A stretch of 64,000 bases of DNA from NCBI GenBank assembly GCA_028534125.1, contig CM052818.1, positions 32,676,001 through 32,740,000 of the forward strand, written 5' to 3'. Below, piece after piece: positions 1 through 13,494 of this stretch (position 1 is its first letter; every line of letters starts with the position of its first letter). This DNA is from Lama glama (lineage: Eukaryota). The notes below the pieces were generated by a model. It worked only from the letters and a program-made list of their open reading frames with translations, was not told the origin of the DNA and did not search any database. Made by a program: the position numbers and the translations under genes.

Positions 1-482
1 TTTAAATAATAGATTTTAAAAATACATTAAAGAAAAGGAAAAAGAGTAAGTTCACTTTTTCACCTGTGGAAAAGGAGAACTGTGCATACATACCCTTAAG
101 GCTCTGTCTGAATTTCTTAAAAATGCCAGAGACAGAAAGGAGTTTCCCTTAGAACCTGTGCCCCCACAACCCATATTGAAAGACACTTAACAATTAATTG
201 TTCCAGGTGCTGCACTTCGGTGCTCAGTGCCCCACAGACACTGCTCCACTGGTTCTCACAGCATCCTTGCAACAAACAGCATTGTCTTTAATCTCCCGTC
301 ACGGACCCAAAAAAGAAATTAAGTAGATTTACCATTGCCATTCTGCAGTGGGGACCCAGAATTTGAGCTTCCAGCCCTAAACTTGGTCTCTCCACAAGAG
401 ACTGATTGTGTTCATGTTTTCACCTTCATTTCTTAGATCTGATCCTTCCACAAAAATCACTAATTAAGAGACTGCCAGTTGA

Positions 483-1385
483 CAAAGAACCTAAACAAGC
501 AATTCTCCAGTGAAGACATACAGATGGCTAACAGGCACATGAAAAAATGCTCAATATCGTTAATTATCAGAGAAGGGCAAATCCAAAGTACAATGAGGTA
601 TCACCTCACACCAGTCAGAATGGCCATCATTCAAAAGTCCATGAACAATAAATGATGGAGAAGGTGTGGAGAAAAGGGAACCCTCCTAAACAGCTGGTGG
701 GAATGTAGTTTGGTGCAGCCATTGTGGAAAACAGTATAGAGATTCCTCAAAAGACTAAAAACAGACTTACCATATGATCCAGCAATCCCATTCCTGGGCG
801 TATATTTGGAGGGAACTCTAACTCAAAAAGATACCTACACCCTAATGTTAATAGCAGCACTATATACAACAGCTAAGACATGGAAGCAACCTAAATGTCC
901 ACTGACAGATGACTGGATAAGGAAGTTGTGATATATTTATACAATAGAGTACTACTCAGCCATAAAAGGAATGCCATTTGCAGCAACATGGATGGACCTA
1001 GATATCGTTATTCTAAGTGAAGCCAAAGAGAAAGAAAAATACCATATATCACTCATATATGGAATCTTAAAAAAAAAATGACTGAACTCACTTACAAAAT
1101 AGAAATAGACTTGCAGACATAGTAAACAATCTTATGGTTACCAGGGAAGGGGGTGGGAAGGGATGAATTTGGGAGTTTGAGACTTATAAATATTAGCCAC
1201 TATATATAAAAATAGATTTTAAAAAGTTTCTTCTTTATAGCACAGGGAACTATGTTCAGTATCTTGTAATAACCTTTAATAAAAAAAATTAAATCGAATA
1301 TATGTATATATACACATGACTGGGACACTATGTTGTACACCAGAAACCTACATTGTAATTTACTGTACTTCAATTTAAGAAAAAT
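483..1385 (+). mobile_element. L1 3' end (ORF2 C-terminus + 3'UTR), fairly young
   Basis: Typical L1 text: gaagacatacagatggctaacaggcacatgaaaaaatgctca, cacaccagtcagaatggccatc, tttgcagcaacatggatggacct; A-rich end. Confidence 0.9.
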
Positions 1386-2989
1386 TAAGCATCTAGATCA
1401 TGATAAAGAAGAGTTGAACAACCACATAAATGTACTTCATGCTACAGAACTGCACACTTAAAAATGGTTAAACTAGTATATTTTACCACAATTTAAAAAA
1501 GGAGGGGTGGTGGGGTTGCCAGGTTGAGGATGATTAACAAAGTCAAAGTTTGGCTGAAACAAGAATTTGTTCCTTACATGTAACCATATTTGGTGGGACT
1601 CATGGTTCCTGAATCATGAGAATGCACCCTAACCAGCAGTCGTAGGTAGATGCCTGTGAAGACCCAAACACCGACATTCCATCCACAGTGACTGTCCTGT
1701 TCAAAGGAGAAGGATCAGTATGAAGTGAGAAGATTCAACCAGCGTGCAGGGAAGCCAAGAATTCCAACCCCTCCCGTACAGACTACGCTCTGTCCACTGC
1801 ACTTAGCTATGAAGACCATCCCCATTCACTTCTCTCACATTCCGATTCCACACTCTGGGTCAAATCAATCTTCCCGTTATAAAACTGGTGTTTACTGTGT
1901 GACTTTCTTATCCAAAAAAAAGACTTTTCACCCCCCAATAAGAACACTGCTCCACTGGAGACGTGTCTTGCTCACTACCAATAAATGTGCCATTTAATAA
2001 TTCCAATTTCTCTTGGAAGCCTGGTCAATGTTCTGACCATCAAGTTACCCTAGTCTAGGGACAAGGACAAAATTAAGTGTCTGAACCTGTGAAGCTGTGG
2101 CCCAGTTTTGGGCCATCATGACCACCCACACAGGGCCAGCTGAGGCTGCTGCCAAGTTGGCTTTGACTTCAGCAACTGTCCTGCCAGGCCACCCACACCT
2201 CTGCCCCTGTTTCAATCAAACAAATTAAACTACAACCAGGTCAAAGGAAACCCTGTAACAAAATGTTTTCCTACATATTTATTTCCATTAGGAAATACAT
2301 AAAAAAACAAAACAAAACCTTTAGCATCCAAAAATTATGGTATTTCCTCACCTTTTAAGCCATTATTACCTAGGAAGAATAGGCCCAGCAATTTCTTAAG
2401 GTGATTTTCAACTTTTGGGTTTTTTCTTTTGACATCCCTCACCCCTAAAGTGCAATTTATAACCACCTTCTTTCTCTCAGAACTATTTTCATATTAAAAA
2501 GCTACGCACACCAATACATGAGCACCCATGACAGTGCTGATGAGTGTCAACGTTGTTTTCTCAGACCACGCAGCCAGCACTGAACAGGAGAGCACCACCC
2601 ATTCTGTGTTCTCCTCCACACGGTGCTCCGGTGTGGACAATGCCTGCTAGTCCACTTACACGGCTGTGGCCATGCACTCTGCTGGTTTTGTGATCCAGTG
2701 TACAATTCAGACACAGGATGAGTCAGCACGAGGCACAGTGCTGAGATGCCACAAAGGTGACACTAGATTAAAAGCAAAACAAATTTTACGCCCGAGTTGC
2801 CTTCAAAGGAAGGGTCAGTCATATAAAGGGCATCATAAAAACCACCATGGCCTGGGAGGATCCACCAGTATTATCAATTACAGCAGAAAGAAACCACAGC
2901 TGAGGGACGTCATGAATTCAAAGAGAATGGAACAGTAAGTAAACGCCAATTCCTCCTGCCTCACCTCAACCCGCTGTGACCCCTGGCAT

Positions 2990-3856
2990 TTCTCATCTCT
3001 GACTCTGATGCTGGAGCCAGACCTGGGTGATCCTCCTATGCACAGTTTACTCCCTTGAGAAGCTCACCCAGTCCTGTGGCTTAATAACACTTACAGGGCT
3101 CTACCTCCACCCCAAACTTGCCCCCCAAATCAACTGGGGATGGATTTGCATTCCTAATGGATATCTATAACCTAACAGGTCCCAAGTGCAATTCCTGACT
3201 CCCGTCTCAAAGCTGCTCCACCCACAGCATCATCCTGGTGCTCTAGCCAAGTCATACTTGACTTCTTCCTCCCCTTTTCTCACACCTCATAGAAATCCCA
3301 TTAGCTCTAAATTCAAAACAATCCCAGAAACCAACCAGTTCTCACCAACTCCATTACTAACACCCTGGTCTAAGTCTCTATCACCTCTCACATACACTCT
3401 CTCTTTCTCCCTCCATTCCAGTCACACTGGTTTCCTCTCCAGGTTTCAACATACCAGACTTGTGCTGGCCTTTGTTCATGCCCTTTCCTCTGCCTAGAAC
3501 ATTCTTCCGCAGATACCCTCTTAGCTAACTTCCTCACTTCCTCCTAGTCTTTGTTCAAATCTCATCTTCTCAACAAACCCTGCCCTGATCATACATTTAA
3601 TTCTGCAACTGCATTCTCCCATCCCAACTCCCAACTGCTTTATTGTCCCCCCCAATAACAGTCACGATCTTTTAACATACTACACAGAATTTACTTACTC
3701 ATTATACATTGATTACTGCCTACTTCTCTCTAGTAGAATGTCAGCTCCTTATTATTCAGTTATTCACTGTCATTCACTGTTATTCAGTGATGTACCAAGC
3801 AACTAAATAATCCCTGGAAGAGAGTAGGCAATCAATACATATTTGCTAAATGAATG
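2990..3856 (+). mobile_element. L2 3' fragment
   Basis: CT-rich L2-like body, tagaatgtcagctcc, ends caatacatatttgctaaatgaatg. Confidence 0.7.
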
Positions 3857-4832
3857 TACAATGTTGAGAATTAACTTCCACAAAAATTATAATAACCTTA
3901 AACAGACAGCATCAATGTACCCAATGATCTCACTACTTGGATCCCATTTCTGACCCTCAAACATCCCTCTGCACTAAGGTTACAAGTCCCAAACCTAAAG
4001 CCTTGACATCTGCTTACATCAAAACATACTAATACACTTACCCCAAAGAATTCATTTTTACAAATTAACCTCAAATACCACCACTTATTTAGTACTCTTG
4101 TCAAAAACATTTAAATCAGAGATCTAATCATAAGGAAACAAACATGTACTGTAGAACAGTCTGCAATACAGTTTAATTCATACTATGTGGACCTATTTAA
4201 ATATCAAAATCATGGAACACACATGGGGGAAGGAAATATTCTGGATTAATAAAGCAATGACAACCAAATATAATATGTGATCCTTGACTTGATCATGGAA
4301 GGAGGGTTAATTTTTCAAAATAAAATAGCTGGGAGGAAAAATCTCCAAAAAAAGACAACAACATACACCCAAAACTTTGTTGTCTGGATTAGGAGTGGAA
4401 TATCCTGAAACTAGAAAATATTCTTTTTAACAAGCCTAATTTTAATTTAACTCTGGAATTGTCTTAAAAATAACTAGTAAGCAATTACTACACTGAAGAG
4501 GTAGAGTCGGATGCAGGGAAAATCTCAGACCCCAGACCAGGGTCTGAGGCATGAGCCTGTGCACCTTGATGACTGTCCCTGCAGCCCTGCGCTGTGGCGG
4601 CACGGCCCAGCCAGGTGGGACTGCACCAAGAAACCACCACTAGGCTCTAACAAAGTTCTTGGCTCCTTCACTTTGCTACAAATTCTAGATTATCCAACAA
4701 GCCCTGAAAGCATTTACCGATTAATGCTAGTCAAGTAAGATTACTTTTTTAAAACCTTCACACCACGAGCCCAAATGTGTGGCTGTGTTTCTCTACATAT
4801 ACCACAAGACAAGCACAGGGTAAAGATGAGTA

Positions 4833-4838
4833 TTTATT
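4833..4838 (-). terminator. WDR43: Likely main WDR43 polyadenylation signal AATAAA (3'UTR about 1.4 kb)
   Basis: tttatt on plus; on the transcript it is followed about 20-35 nt later by GU-rich CCCTGTGCTTGTCTTGTGGT. Confidence 0.65.
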
Positions 4839-6240
4839 CACTTTACAAAGAGAATGGTATTAAATTGCCATAAACAGCCCCATTTATAGACAAATATAAC
4901 TGTACATTACACCAGTAGCTGGCCTAACTTTCCCAAGATGCTTATATGGCTCCAGCTCTTAGTTGAGTGTGGAAATCTTGTCTGCTACTGATGTTAAAAA
5001 TCCCTCAGAGATAATGTTTTTTGTTTTACATATTAACAGGTGGGAAAAATAAACCAGTCTCCCCAGCCCTTTCTTAGAGCTGAGCTTCCATCTGCATGTT
5101 CCCTAGAGAGCACTAAACAAATACTGACTTATTCTTAAAAAAAAAAAAAAAAAAACCCACTGATAATTGGAAAAGGCTTTTGTAGCACACCAAAATACTT
5201 ATTTATACACACATAAAAAATCTTGAGTTGGATTTATTTTAAAGGTAAACATACCCTAAACACTGCCAAGAGTAGGTAATGAAAAGGAAAGAACACATTA
5301 AATTACTGAATTATAAAAATATTTTCTTTGGAAAAAAATTCCAATAGGGTTATCATTAATATCTAAAACCAAAGAGAAAAAAAATAAACAATTGTTCTTT
5401 GATCCATTAGTAATTTAAATAAAAATGAAAACCTCTTCAAAAGCAGCTATAACTGAATCTTTTAAAAAGTTGCAGGTAATGAGCACTTCTAAATCTATAC
5501 ACTGATGATTCTTTACAGGCAACTTGCAGTCAAGAAAAATCCTTAATATGGCTAATTATTTAGTTTTTTTAATTACCATAATTGTTTGTGTTTTAAAAAA
5601 ATATTTCACATGACAGCTTAAAAAATAAGTGGTTGTTTTGGGGAAGCACTCCAAATATTCAATCTGACTCAAATCAGATTACCACAGTCAGAGAAGCCAG
5701 GGATACCAGTGATTTTATTTTTTTATCACAATCATTTTTACTCCAGTTTTTAGTCATCCCTTCATATTTTATGAAAATGTACCAAATTAAAAATTTTTTC
5801 ACTCATGCTGCTTCACATCAGGATGTGATGAAAGATACCAACCTGAGATAAGAGCTGACTCCTTCACAAAGTCCAGTTCTTGAACCCCTAACAAGGGAAA
5901 TGTCTTTACCTTCACTTACATCAAAAATTCTTGGCCATAACCAATCATACTAGGATATTATAAAAATATACCATATATTGGACACTCATGTCAGTACATT
6001 GCAGAAAATGTGTCTATTTACTGTGTAAAGTTTATTAACATTTGAATGAAACTCTCTTATTTACACAGTTAGGTCTGGGGTGCTCAGGACAGCAAGGTGG
6101 CATGGGAGCCACCATTAGGAATTTGGAAATGCGCAGCGGTCCTTGGCACCTGTCACAGAGACAACCCTCTCCAGGAGAACTCGGCAGCAGTGGGTAAGGT
6201 GAGCCAGTTTAAATAGTTCAATTGGCTTTTTCTTCTGTCT

Positions 6241-6432
6241 TCATTCTTCTTCACTTTCATTTTCGGGATCTAAATCAGAGTCTCCATTTAATTCCTTTTC
6301 ACTTGCCACATCTCCATCCTCACCATTTTCTTCATCTTTTTCTTCAGTATCCTCATCTTCCTCTTCATTCTCTTCATCAACATCCTCACCTTTTTCACTT
6401 TCTTTCTCTTCCTCATCTTCATCCCAATTATC
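6241..6432 (-). CDS. WDR43: WDR43 exon 18 coding part (acidic tail DNWDEDEE...DPENESEEE*)
   Basis: taccag|GAT ... TGA at 6243-6241; 192 nt; total CDS 2046 nt. Confidence 0.96.
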   Translation of the reverse strand, partial: DNWDEDEEEKESEKGEDVDEENEEEDEDTEEKDEENGEDGDVASEKELNGDSDLDPENESEEE

Positions 6433-6534
6433 CTGGTAGAAATATTAAGCAAGGAAAGCACGCATGAAGGCCCAGGTCTTACAAAGTACAAGGATACTAA
6501 GGTAGATTCATGTACCAGGAAACAAATTACTCAC

Positions 6535-6584
6535 ATCAGAATCCTTATCTGCTATTTCATCATCAGACTCCTCTTCAGAAGATT
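6535..6584 (-). CDS. WDR43: WDR43 exon 17 (SSEEESDDEIADKDSD)
   Basis: poly-C tract then ttacag|AA ... GAT|gtgagt; 50 nt. Confidence 0.95.
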
Positions 6585-6834
6585 CTGTAAAGGGGGGGGG
6601 GGGATTCCAGCTTAAATTTTGTGATCAAAGCAGAGAGCATAGCTCTGAAAGCTAAACAGAATCAGACTCCTGAATTTACTTTTAGAAATACATTCAGCTA
6701 TCATCCATCTAAGAAGGAACATTAAGTTAGTATTTTACCTGCATTAAAACACGTTATTATCCCATCAATATCTTATTGAACAAGACAAAGTATCAAAGCC
6801 CTAACAAAAATCCCATCTGAAAAAAACTAAGCCC

Positions 6835-7625
6835 AGGATGTGGAGAAAAAGAATCCCTGTGCACTGGTGATGGGAATGTAAACTGGTTCAGCCACTATGG
6901 CAAACAGTATGGAGGCTCCTCAAGAAATGAAAAATGGAACTACCATATGATTCACCAATTCCACTTCTAAGCATGTATCAAAGGAAATGAAATCAGGATC
7001 TCAGATGCACCGGAAACACAGTGTTCACTGCAGCATTATTTACCACAGCCAAGATACGGAAATAACCCAAGTGCCCATTAACAGATCAGTGAAAAAAGAA
7101 AATGTCACGCACACACAAATAAAATGGATTATTATGCTGCCATGAAATAACAGGAAATCTTGCCATTTGCAACATGGATGGAACTTGAGGGCCCTGTGCT
7201 ATGTGAAACAAGTCAGATAGAAAAAGATAAATACTACACTATTTCACTTATATGTAGAATCTATAAAAACCTGACTCACAGATACAGAGAACAGATTGAT
7301 AGTAGCTGGAAGAGGCAGACAGGAGTGGAGGAAATGGGTGAAGGTCAAAAGAAACAAACTTCTAATTTTAAGAGAAGTCTTGGGGATGTAATACACACCA
7401 TGGTGACCACAGTCAGCAATACTGTATTGTATACTTAAGAGTTGCTGAGAGAGTAAATCTTTTAAGTTCTCATCACAAGAAAAGAAATTTATAACTATGT
7501 GTGGTGATGAATGTTAACTAAACAATGTGACAATCATTTCACAATATATACACACAGAATCATTATATTGTACCCCTAAAACGAATACAATGTTATATGT
7601 CAATTATAACTCAATAAAACCAGGA
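6835..7625 (+). mobile_element. L1 3' end (L1MA/MB-like), WDR43 intron 16
   Basis: ggatgtggagaaaaagaatccc...gccatttgcaacatggatggaacttgagg...tcaattataactcaataaaa. Confidence 0.88.
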
Positions 7626-7719
7626 AAAAAACTTCACATAAAGTATAATTAATTAATTCAGGTATGCTTTTTTGTTCTTCAGTTGTTTTATGTTTTCTTT
7701 ATAAAAGTTTTGTTTCATT

Positions 7720-8700
7720 TTTTAGAGGTATTTCTAGGTAATTCATAGTTGTGGTTGCTGCATGAATGAGATCTTTACTCCTAATACATTTTCTGACTGG
7801 GACATTGTGAACATATAACACATTAATGGGACATAATAATGCTACTGAATCCCTTTTGCTAGATCTTGGTATCCAGTAAACTTGCTTATCCACATATCAA
7901 CAATGGTGTGACTGTAGATTCTGCTGTATTTTCTATGTGGAGAGGAATAATTACAAGCAGTGCCTAATGTTCTAGAATTCATTTCTTTCATACAGTACAA
8001 GGCAGAATATCCCAAAGCAATAAAAGTCTTATTCCTGACTTTATGGGAATGCTTCTAAACTTCATGTTTGATACAGGTTTAAGGAAATTCCCTTAAATTC
8101 CTGGATTGCTCAGATTATCAAATAATGAGATACATGAAGACTGTATTTTTTTATTTTTCTATATCTATTAAAATAATACATAGTGTTCATAGCGATCTAT
8201 TAATGTGATAACTACATTAAGAGTTCTTGATGCCAAATCATATCACAATCTTTAAAAAAATTCTACTTGGTAATGACATATTATTTTACTTAAGCACTTT
8301 CCGTAATCAATCTGCTACCTAGGATATTTGAGGATGGCCTAAAATGTTCTTGACTATCCTTGTCTGGTCTTGACTCACAAAATGCCTAAATTATTTGTAG
8401 ATGACAAAAATAACATGTTCCTCAAAAGATTGATAAAAGTCACTTACAAAACCTCTGTCTGGCACCCTGTGGAGAAAGATTTTTGATTAAATCAATTTAG
8501 AGCGATTAGCTTGTTCGGGGTTTCTATTTCTTTTTAAGTTAACTTTGGTCATTGATGTGTCCCAAGAAATTACCTACATCATCTAAGAGTTTAATGTATT
8601 GACAAAGTTCGTTCATAATGTTCTATTTAAATCTCTTCCATAGCTTATGTCCTTTTTTTGTTACTGTATTATACTTGTGCCTTCTCTTTTATTTGATTGT
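7720..8700 (-). mobile_element. Old, diverged L1 ORF2 fragment
   Basis: T-rich antisense L1-like phrases (aatgctactga, ttcctgactttatgggaatgcttcta, ggtttctatttct). Confidence 0.5.
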
Positions 8701-8870
8701 ATCTTTGCCAGTTTTGCTACAGGCTTGCCCATTTCATCAGAGAAGGTATGTCAAAGCAAGACCTTACAGCGATGTTTACAAAAGTCATAGAACTGAGTCA
8801 TGTTTTTACAAAGTCACAGAACTGAGTCAATGTCAAAAACTAAATGTTTAGCCTATCCCCCAAGCTTTAC

Positions 8871-8940
8871 CTTCTTCATACACCAACTTTGCCTTCTGTG
8901 CAGGACAAGTCGTTCCCTTTGCTTTTTCTGATGCTGTAAC
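8871..8940 (-). CDS. WDR43: WDR43 exon 16 (VTASEKAKG...KLVYEE)
   Basis: tttcag|GTT ... G|gtaaag; 70 nt. Confidence 0.96.
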
Positions 8941-9019
8941 CTGAAAGACAACCAGGTGCTATCATGAAGTAGAGTGTATTTATTTATTTTTTTAAATAAT
9001 TTGCTTGGAATATCTTTTC

Positions 9020-9119
9020 TTTTTACTGGCAGGGGGAGGTAATTAGATTTATTTGTTTACTCTTAGAGCACATGTATGCTAAGCATGTGCTCTACCGCTT
9101 GAGCTATATATACCCTCCC
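9020..9119 (-). mobile_element. tRNA-derived camelid-type SINE with internal rearrangement
   Basis: Minus: GGGAGGGTATATATAGCTCAAGCGGTAGAGCACATGCTTAGCAT...taattacctccccc; homologous to copy at 34100. Confidence 0.85.
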
Positions 9120-9570
9120 TAGTCCTTCCGCAACAGTAAACTCGCCCTCATCCACTATGATGGATGACCTCAATACGATGTAGATCAAGTACAGGGTAAA
9201 AGGCAAATCTGTCAAACAGAAGAAAGAAAGAATTATTCTGTAAAAGTTGAAAAAACTTTTTAGGTAATCGAAATTCTTTCTGTGACAAAAAACTGCAGAA
9301 ATACCCTGTGACTTGCTCACAGTTCCACAACCATCCTAACTGTATTAACAACGGAAATATGATGGTGAGAACATGTGAGAAAAGCTGAAACAGGTACAAC
9401 CAAGTCTACTTACTATCAAATAAATAACATTTCCCAGTTACAGACTGGATCCTGATTTGCCAATTTTTTTACTGAAACAGGGAGCTTTCAACATTCAGGT
9501 AAACAATGCCATTCCTCTCTCCATTCCGATCACATTCAAAATTTAGCACAAAACATTATGATTTACTCAC

Positions 9571-9684
9571 CTGCGTAATTAGAAGGATGAGCTTTCCATG
9601 AAGGTGGGAGAGTTTCTGAAAAGTTTTTACTCTGCTTTCCATTAACTGGTATAGTGTCCCCAGCTGGGGTACCAGGTCAGGCAA
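9571..9684 (-). CDS. WDR43: WDR43 exon 15 ([20 protein letters not shown]...LLITQ)
   Basis: ccctag|TTG ... CAG|gtgagt; 114 nt. Confidence 0.96.
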
Positions 9685-11598
9685 CTAGGGAACAAACATA
9701 AAAAAAAATTACTCTGATACTAGTACAAATTACAGATAACAAATATACAAATCATGATGAGACTGCCTGAGTATCCAGCCCTGCACCACAAGCATCTGCC
9801 TCCACTTCCAGCGCCAGTGGCTGCCTGTCACATAGCCCAGCAACACCTCAAATTTTCAGGTCTTCAATGTCCTAATAGCAAAAAATTATACATTAAAAAA
9901 AAATGATACATGGTCAGAAGGAGGAAATGCAAGTCAGGACGGACAAACCATAGGGTAGGATGTCTTTGTGTTGATCATATTACTTTAGAGACGGTCATTA
10001 TAAAGGAGACACTAAATAGAAGGTACCCCAATCACATACTTCTGGACTAAAGGGGGCTTCACTCGGAAACGTACTCTGATGATACTGCATTATTACCTCT
10101 ACCATTAGGTCCCAGCAAGCCAGAGGAAGCTTTTCATAGCTTCCAGAGACAGAATGACAGCAATCAAAGCTGACCTCATCATACTTCAAACATATTTCCT
10201 GTTAAGAAACCCTGAGCCATATTTCAGAAATTAAAGCAGGAACAGTACAAATGAGAGTCTCCTGTACATGACTAAAGCCCCCATGCCTAGCACAGTCCTT
10301 GACTTAGAGAAGGTACTTAAAGATTTCTGATAAGGAAGGAAGAAACAAAGGAAAGGGGGAGGAAAAGCACTTGTTTTCTGAGGAGCAAAAACTGTCCACC
10401 CTCTGCTGTACTTCCACGGTCTATTCTGCCCTGACCTAGAATGTCACACAGCTACTGCTCCAACAGTTGTACCTCAGGGGTTGATTCCAGAAGGGATTTC
10501 ACTACAAATCCTAGTCAATGGGGCCACAAAGTGAGTGTCGTCCTGTTATCAGTCAGAGTTCCAGGATCTGACGCTGGTGGTGGTGTGTCCGTGCCCATCA
10601 CCATGCCTCTCGGCCCAAACCCCCAATTGATCTTCCAAGATTTCTGTAAGCTGAGAAACCCAACATCCATTCTTAGTGCTCCTTGTCTCTTCCGCCAGTC
10701 TAACCTTCTGACAGAGATCTCCACAGACATGCAAAGAATGAACTGCCGAACTATTAAATAACCCGTTAATAGTTTTCCCTGTTTCAAACTACTGAAGAAA
10801 CAAGAGCCTGACACAGAGAACAAGGGACAGTGCCCAGGCAAGAACTGGGTGAAACTGTGTTAAGAAAAGCAGAGCTAGTGATTTTAAAAGTAAATGAAAA
10901 ATTTTCAACTATCCACTAAAATCTTTGAAGAAAATCTACTGTAAGGTGCTAGATAATCAAATAAAAGAAAAAAAAATTGTGAATTTTATTCTAGCTTAAA
11001 CTACAGCGTAATTAATGATGTGGTAATTTTCCAACCCATATTGTGACATATAAAACTTTTTTTCTGGTATTCTTTTAAGATTTTATGTTCCATCTGCATA
11101 GATAATCAATCAAGAGCTGACAGTAGTCCCAGCAAAATGTCAAGTATTAAATACTTAATTTATTTCATTTTTATCACACGCTACCGTTTATCCTCCTGAG
11201 ACAAGGTAAGACAGACATGTTAGCACAGATACAAACTTTTAAAAGCTACTAAGTTTTTAGAAGATGATAGATACACACACAATGTAAAGAAAAGTTTGCT
11301 AAACAGGTTATGTATATAGAAAAGCATCTAAAGGCTAATATGTAACTTTTCTCCTTTCTGTATTTTTCAAGTTTCTCTATCGAATACATATTACTTTTAA
11401 AATATGGGCCCAAAACAGACCAGTTTATAAAAGGCAGCAATGATGACAATATGAAATTACACCTGGGAAAAACAAAATCTTCAACAGCAGCAGCTGATGG
11501 TTGAAGGACAGGTGGAGAGAAAATTCTTTTGTTAAGCCATCAGTTTTTAATCCTTATCAAAGCCAAACTATTCAGCAACTATAGCTGAAAAGACTCAC

Positions 11599-11662
11599 TG
11601 TGGATAAGTAGGATGCGTGGACCGTTAACACACATTTTAGCCACTGAACCATTAAAACAGCA
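11599..11662 (-). CDS. WDR43: WDR43 exon 14 (AVLMVQWLKCVLTVHASYLST)
   Basis: tttcag|T ... ACA|gtgagt; 64 nt. Confidence 0.96.
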
Positions 11663-12735
11663 CTGAAAAAAAAAAGAAAAAATACAAATAAACTAATATG
11701 CAAATTCAAAATTAAATGGAGTTAAAATTTAAAATTTGAATGGAGTTGAAGTTAGAAAAATCCATATAGGCAAACAAAAGACCAGAAAATGACTCTAATA
11801 AATAAACAACTGTGACCATGTCAGTCCTCTCATTCTTTCACTGGGTCTAGCTGAGGTCTGTGTAATATACAAATCTCTTGGGGGGGGGGGGGATAGGATG
11901 GACTAGAAAATAGGACAAAAATTCCTTCCTCTAAAATAATTCAACTCCAGATACAAAACCCATGCTTTACTTTGTAACTGGCTATAATCAAGGCAGTAAA
12001 CTGAGCTTTGCATTTTTTATGCTCATGATATTTGAGCCCACCAGCTACTCACTGTCAGGTCCAAATAGCAAAAGGTTTCCACACCAACATTAAAAGAGAA
12101 GTATAAAAAAAAAAAAAAAAAAAAGAGAAGTATAGACCAAAAATGTGCATGTCAGGCATAATTAGTGAATTCTTTAAGCTTTCCATTGTGAGCTCCAAAG
12201 GGTAATGGAGCATATCAGGGGGGAAAAAACTTAGAAAAAAACAAAACAAAACAAAACAAAACTATATTATAGACATTGATAATACTGCAGTACAAGCTTA
12301 GATCTTTGAGATATATACCCTATTTAAATATTTAATCATAAAGTTAACAAAAAAGACCCACAAAATTTAGTCATATAAAATATTTCCTTAGTGTCTTAGC
12401 AACTACTGGAGATTGGATCAAGTTCTACAAATAGTCATTTTACACATCATGATTAGGACTAAATCATTAATAAGACTAACCCATTAAATGACCTGATAAT
12501 AAAGCTCAGAAGTCTAGAGTTCTCTAAAAGAAAGCAAAAAACACTTAGAAATAATAACCATTCAATTAAAAACAAGCGTGGAGAGCAGTATCTGACACCT
12601 TTAAAAAGAGTTTTATTAGTTAGAATTTGGGCTACCTACTATATAACATCATGCTGCCATACACTGCTGTTTTTACATAACCACATTTAAAATATTTATA
12701 AAATCAAAGTAATTTAAGTCATCTAAACATCTTAC

Positions 12736-12767
12736 CTATTAGGATGACCTTGTAATCTCTTTGTAAG
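12736..12767 (-). CDS. WDR43: WDR43 exon 13 (LTKRLQGHPN), 32-nt small exon
   Basis: cctcag|CTT ... AG|gtaaga; phase completed by exon 14. Confidence 0.94.
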
Positions 12768-13407
12768 CTGAGGGGGAGAAAAACATTATTAGCATAGCAC
12801 TTCAGAGGCAGCCAATCTCCATCAATTCCCACAATACATACATCCATAACAACAAAGAAAAAGAATGAATGAATTAGGAAATCATTATTACTAAATTTCC
12901 TAATTCCTAAACGTTCGGCCAATTTAACATAATCTGGGAGTACATTCCCACAATAAAAGTAATTGCCTGATAAAAACCTAGGCTAGGATTTGTATGAATG
13001 AATGTCCAGAATAGACACAAAGACAGAAAATAGACTAGTGATTGCAAGAAACTGGGGGTAAGGAAAAATGGGGAGTGACTAATGCGTACTCAGTTTCTTC
13101 TTGGTGTGGCAGTTGCACAATCTGTAATATACTATAAAGCACTGAACTGTACATTTTTAAAGTGTACAGTTTTAAAGGGTACACAAAGGGTAAATTTCAT
13201 GGTATGTAAATTATATCTCAATTTTTAAAATACATAGGAAAAAAAAATCTAGGTTAGGCAAATTTTGTTTAAGTAGATCTATCAATCACCTATCATCCAC
13301 TCTAACTACCCTGCTTGCTTACATACTGCAAATCCCTTTCTCTTAACACTGGATTGTCTCTTTGATTCATAGCATTAGGACCTTGAAAAAAAAGCATACT
13401 CAGTTAC

Positions 13408-13494
13408 CTCTTGCAATAATGGAATAACAGCATGCAGGGGCATCCTTAATACAGTTCTCTTTATTAGGTTTAAATTCTTAGTCTGAAGTACTTT
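13408..13494 (-). CDS. WDR43: WDR43 exon 12 ([29 protein letters not shown])
   Basis: tcacag|AAA ... GAG|gtaact; 87 nt. Confidence 0.96.

Noticed and set aside
6222..6491. His/Leu-rich and Lys/Arg/Met-rich ORFs
   Set aside because: Antisense and shifted-frame shadows of the low-complexity acidic exon 18
10100..10182. Box C ATGATGA (minus) in intron 14 with a vaguely guide-like TTCCTCTGGCTTG downstream
   Set aside because: No box D CTGA at a suitable distance and no terminal stem
10441..10841. Three overlapping ORFs in intron 14
   Set aside because: No recognisable protein or splice signals; nucleotide texture resembles an old L2 fragment
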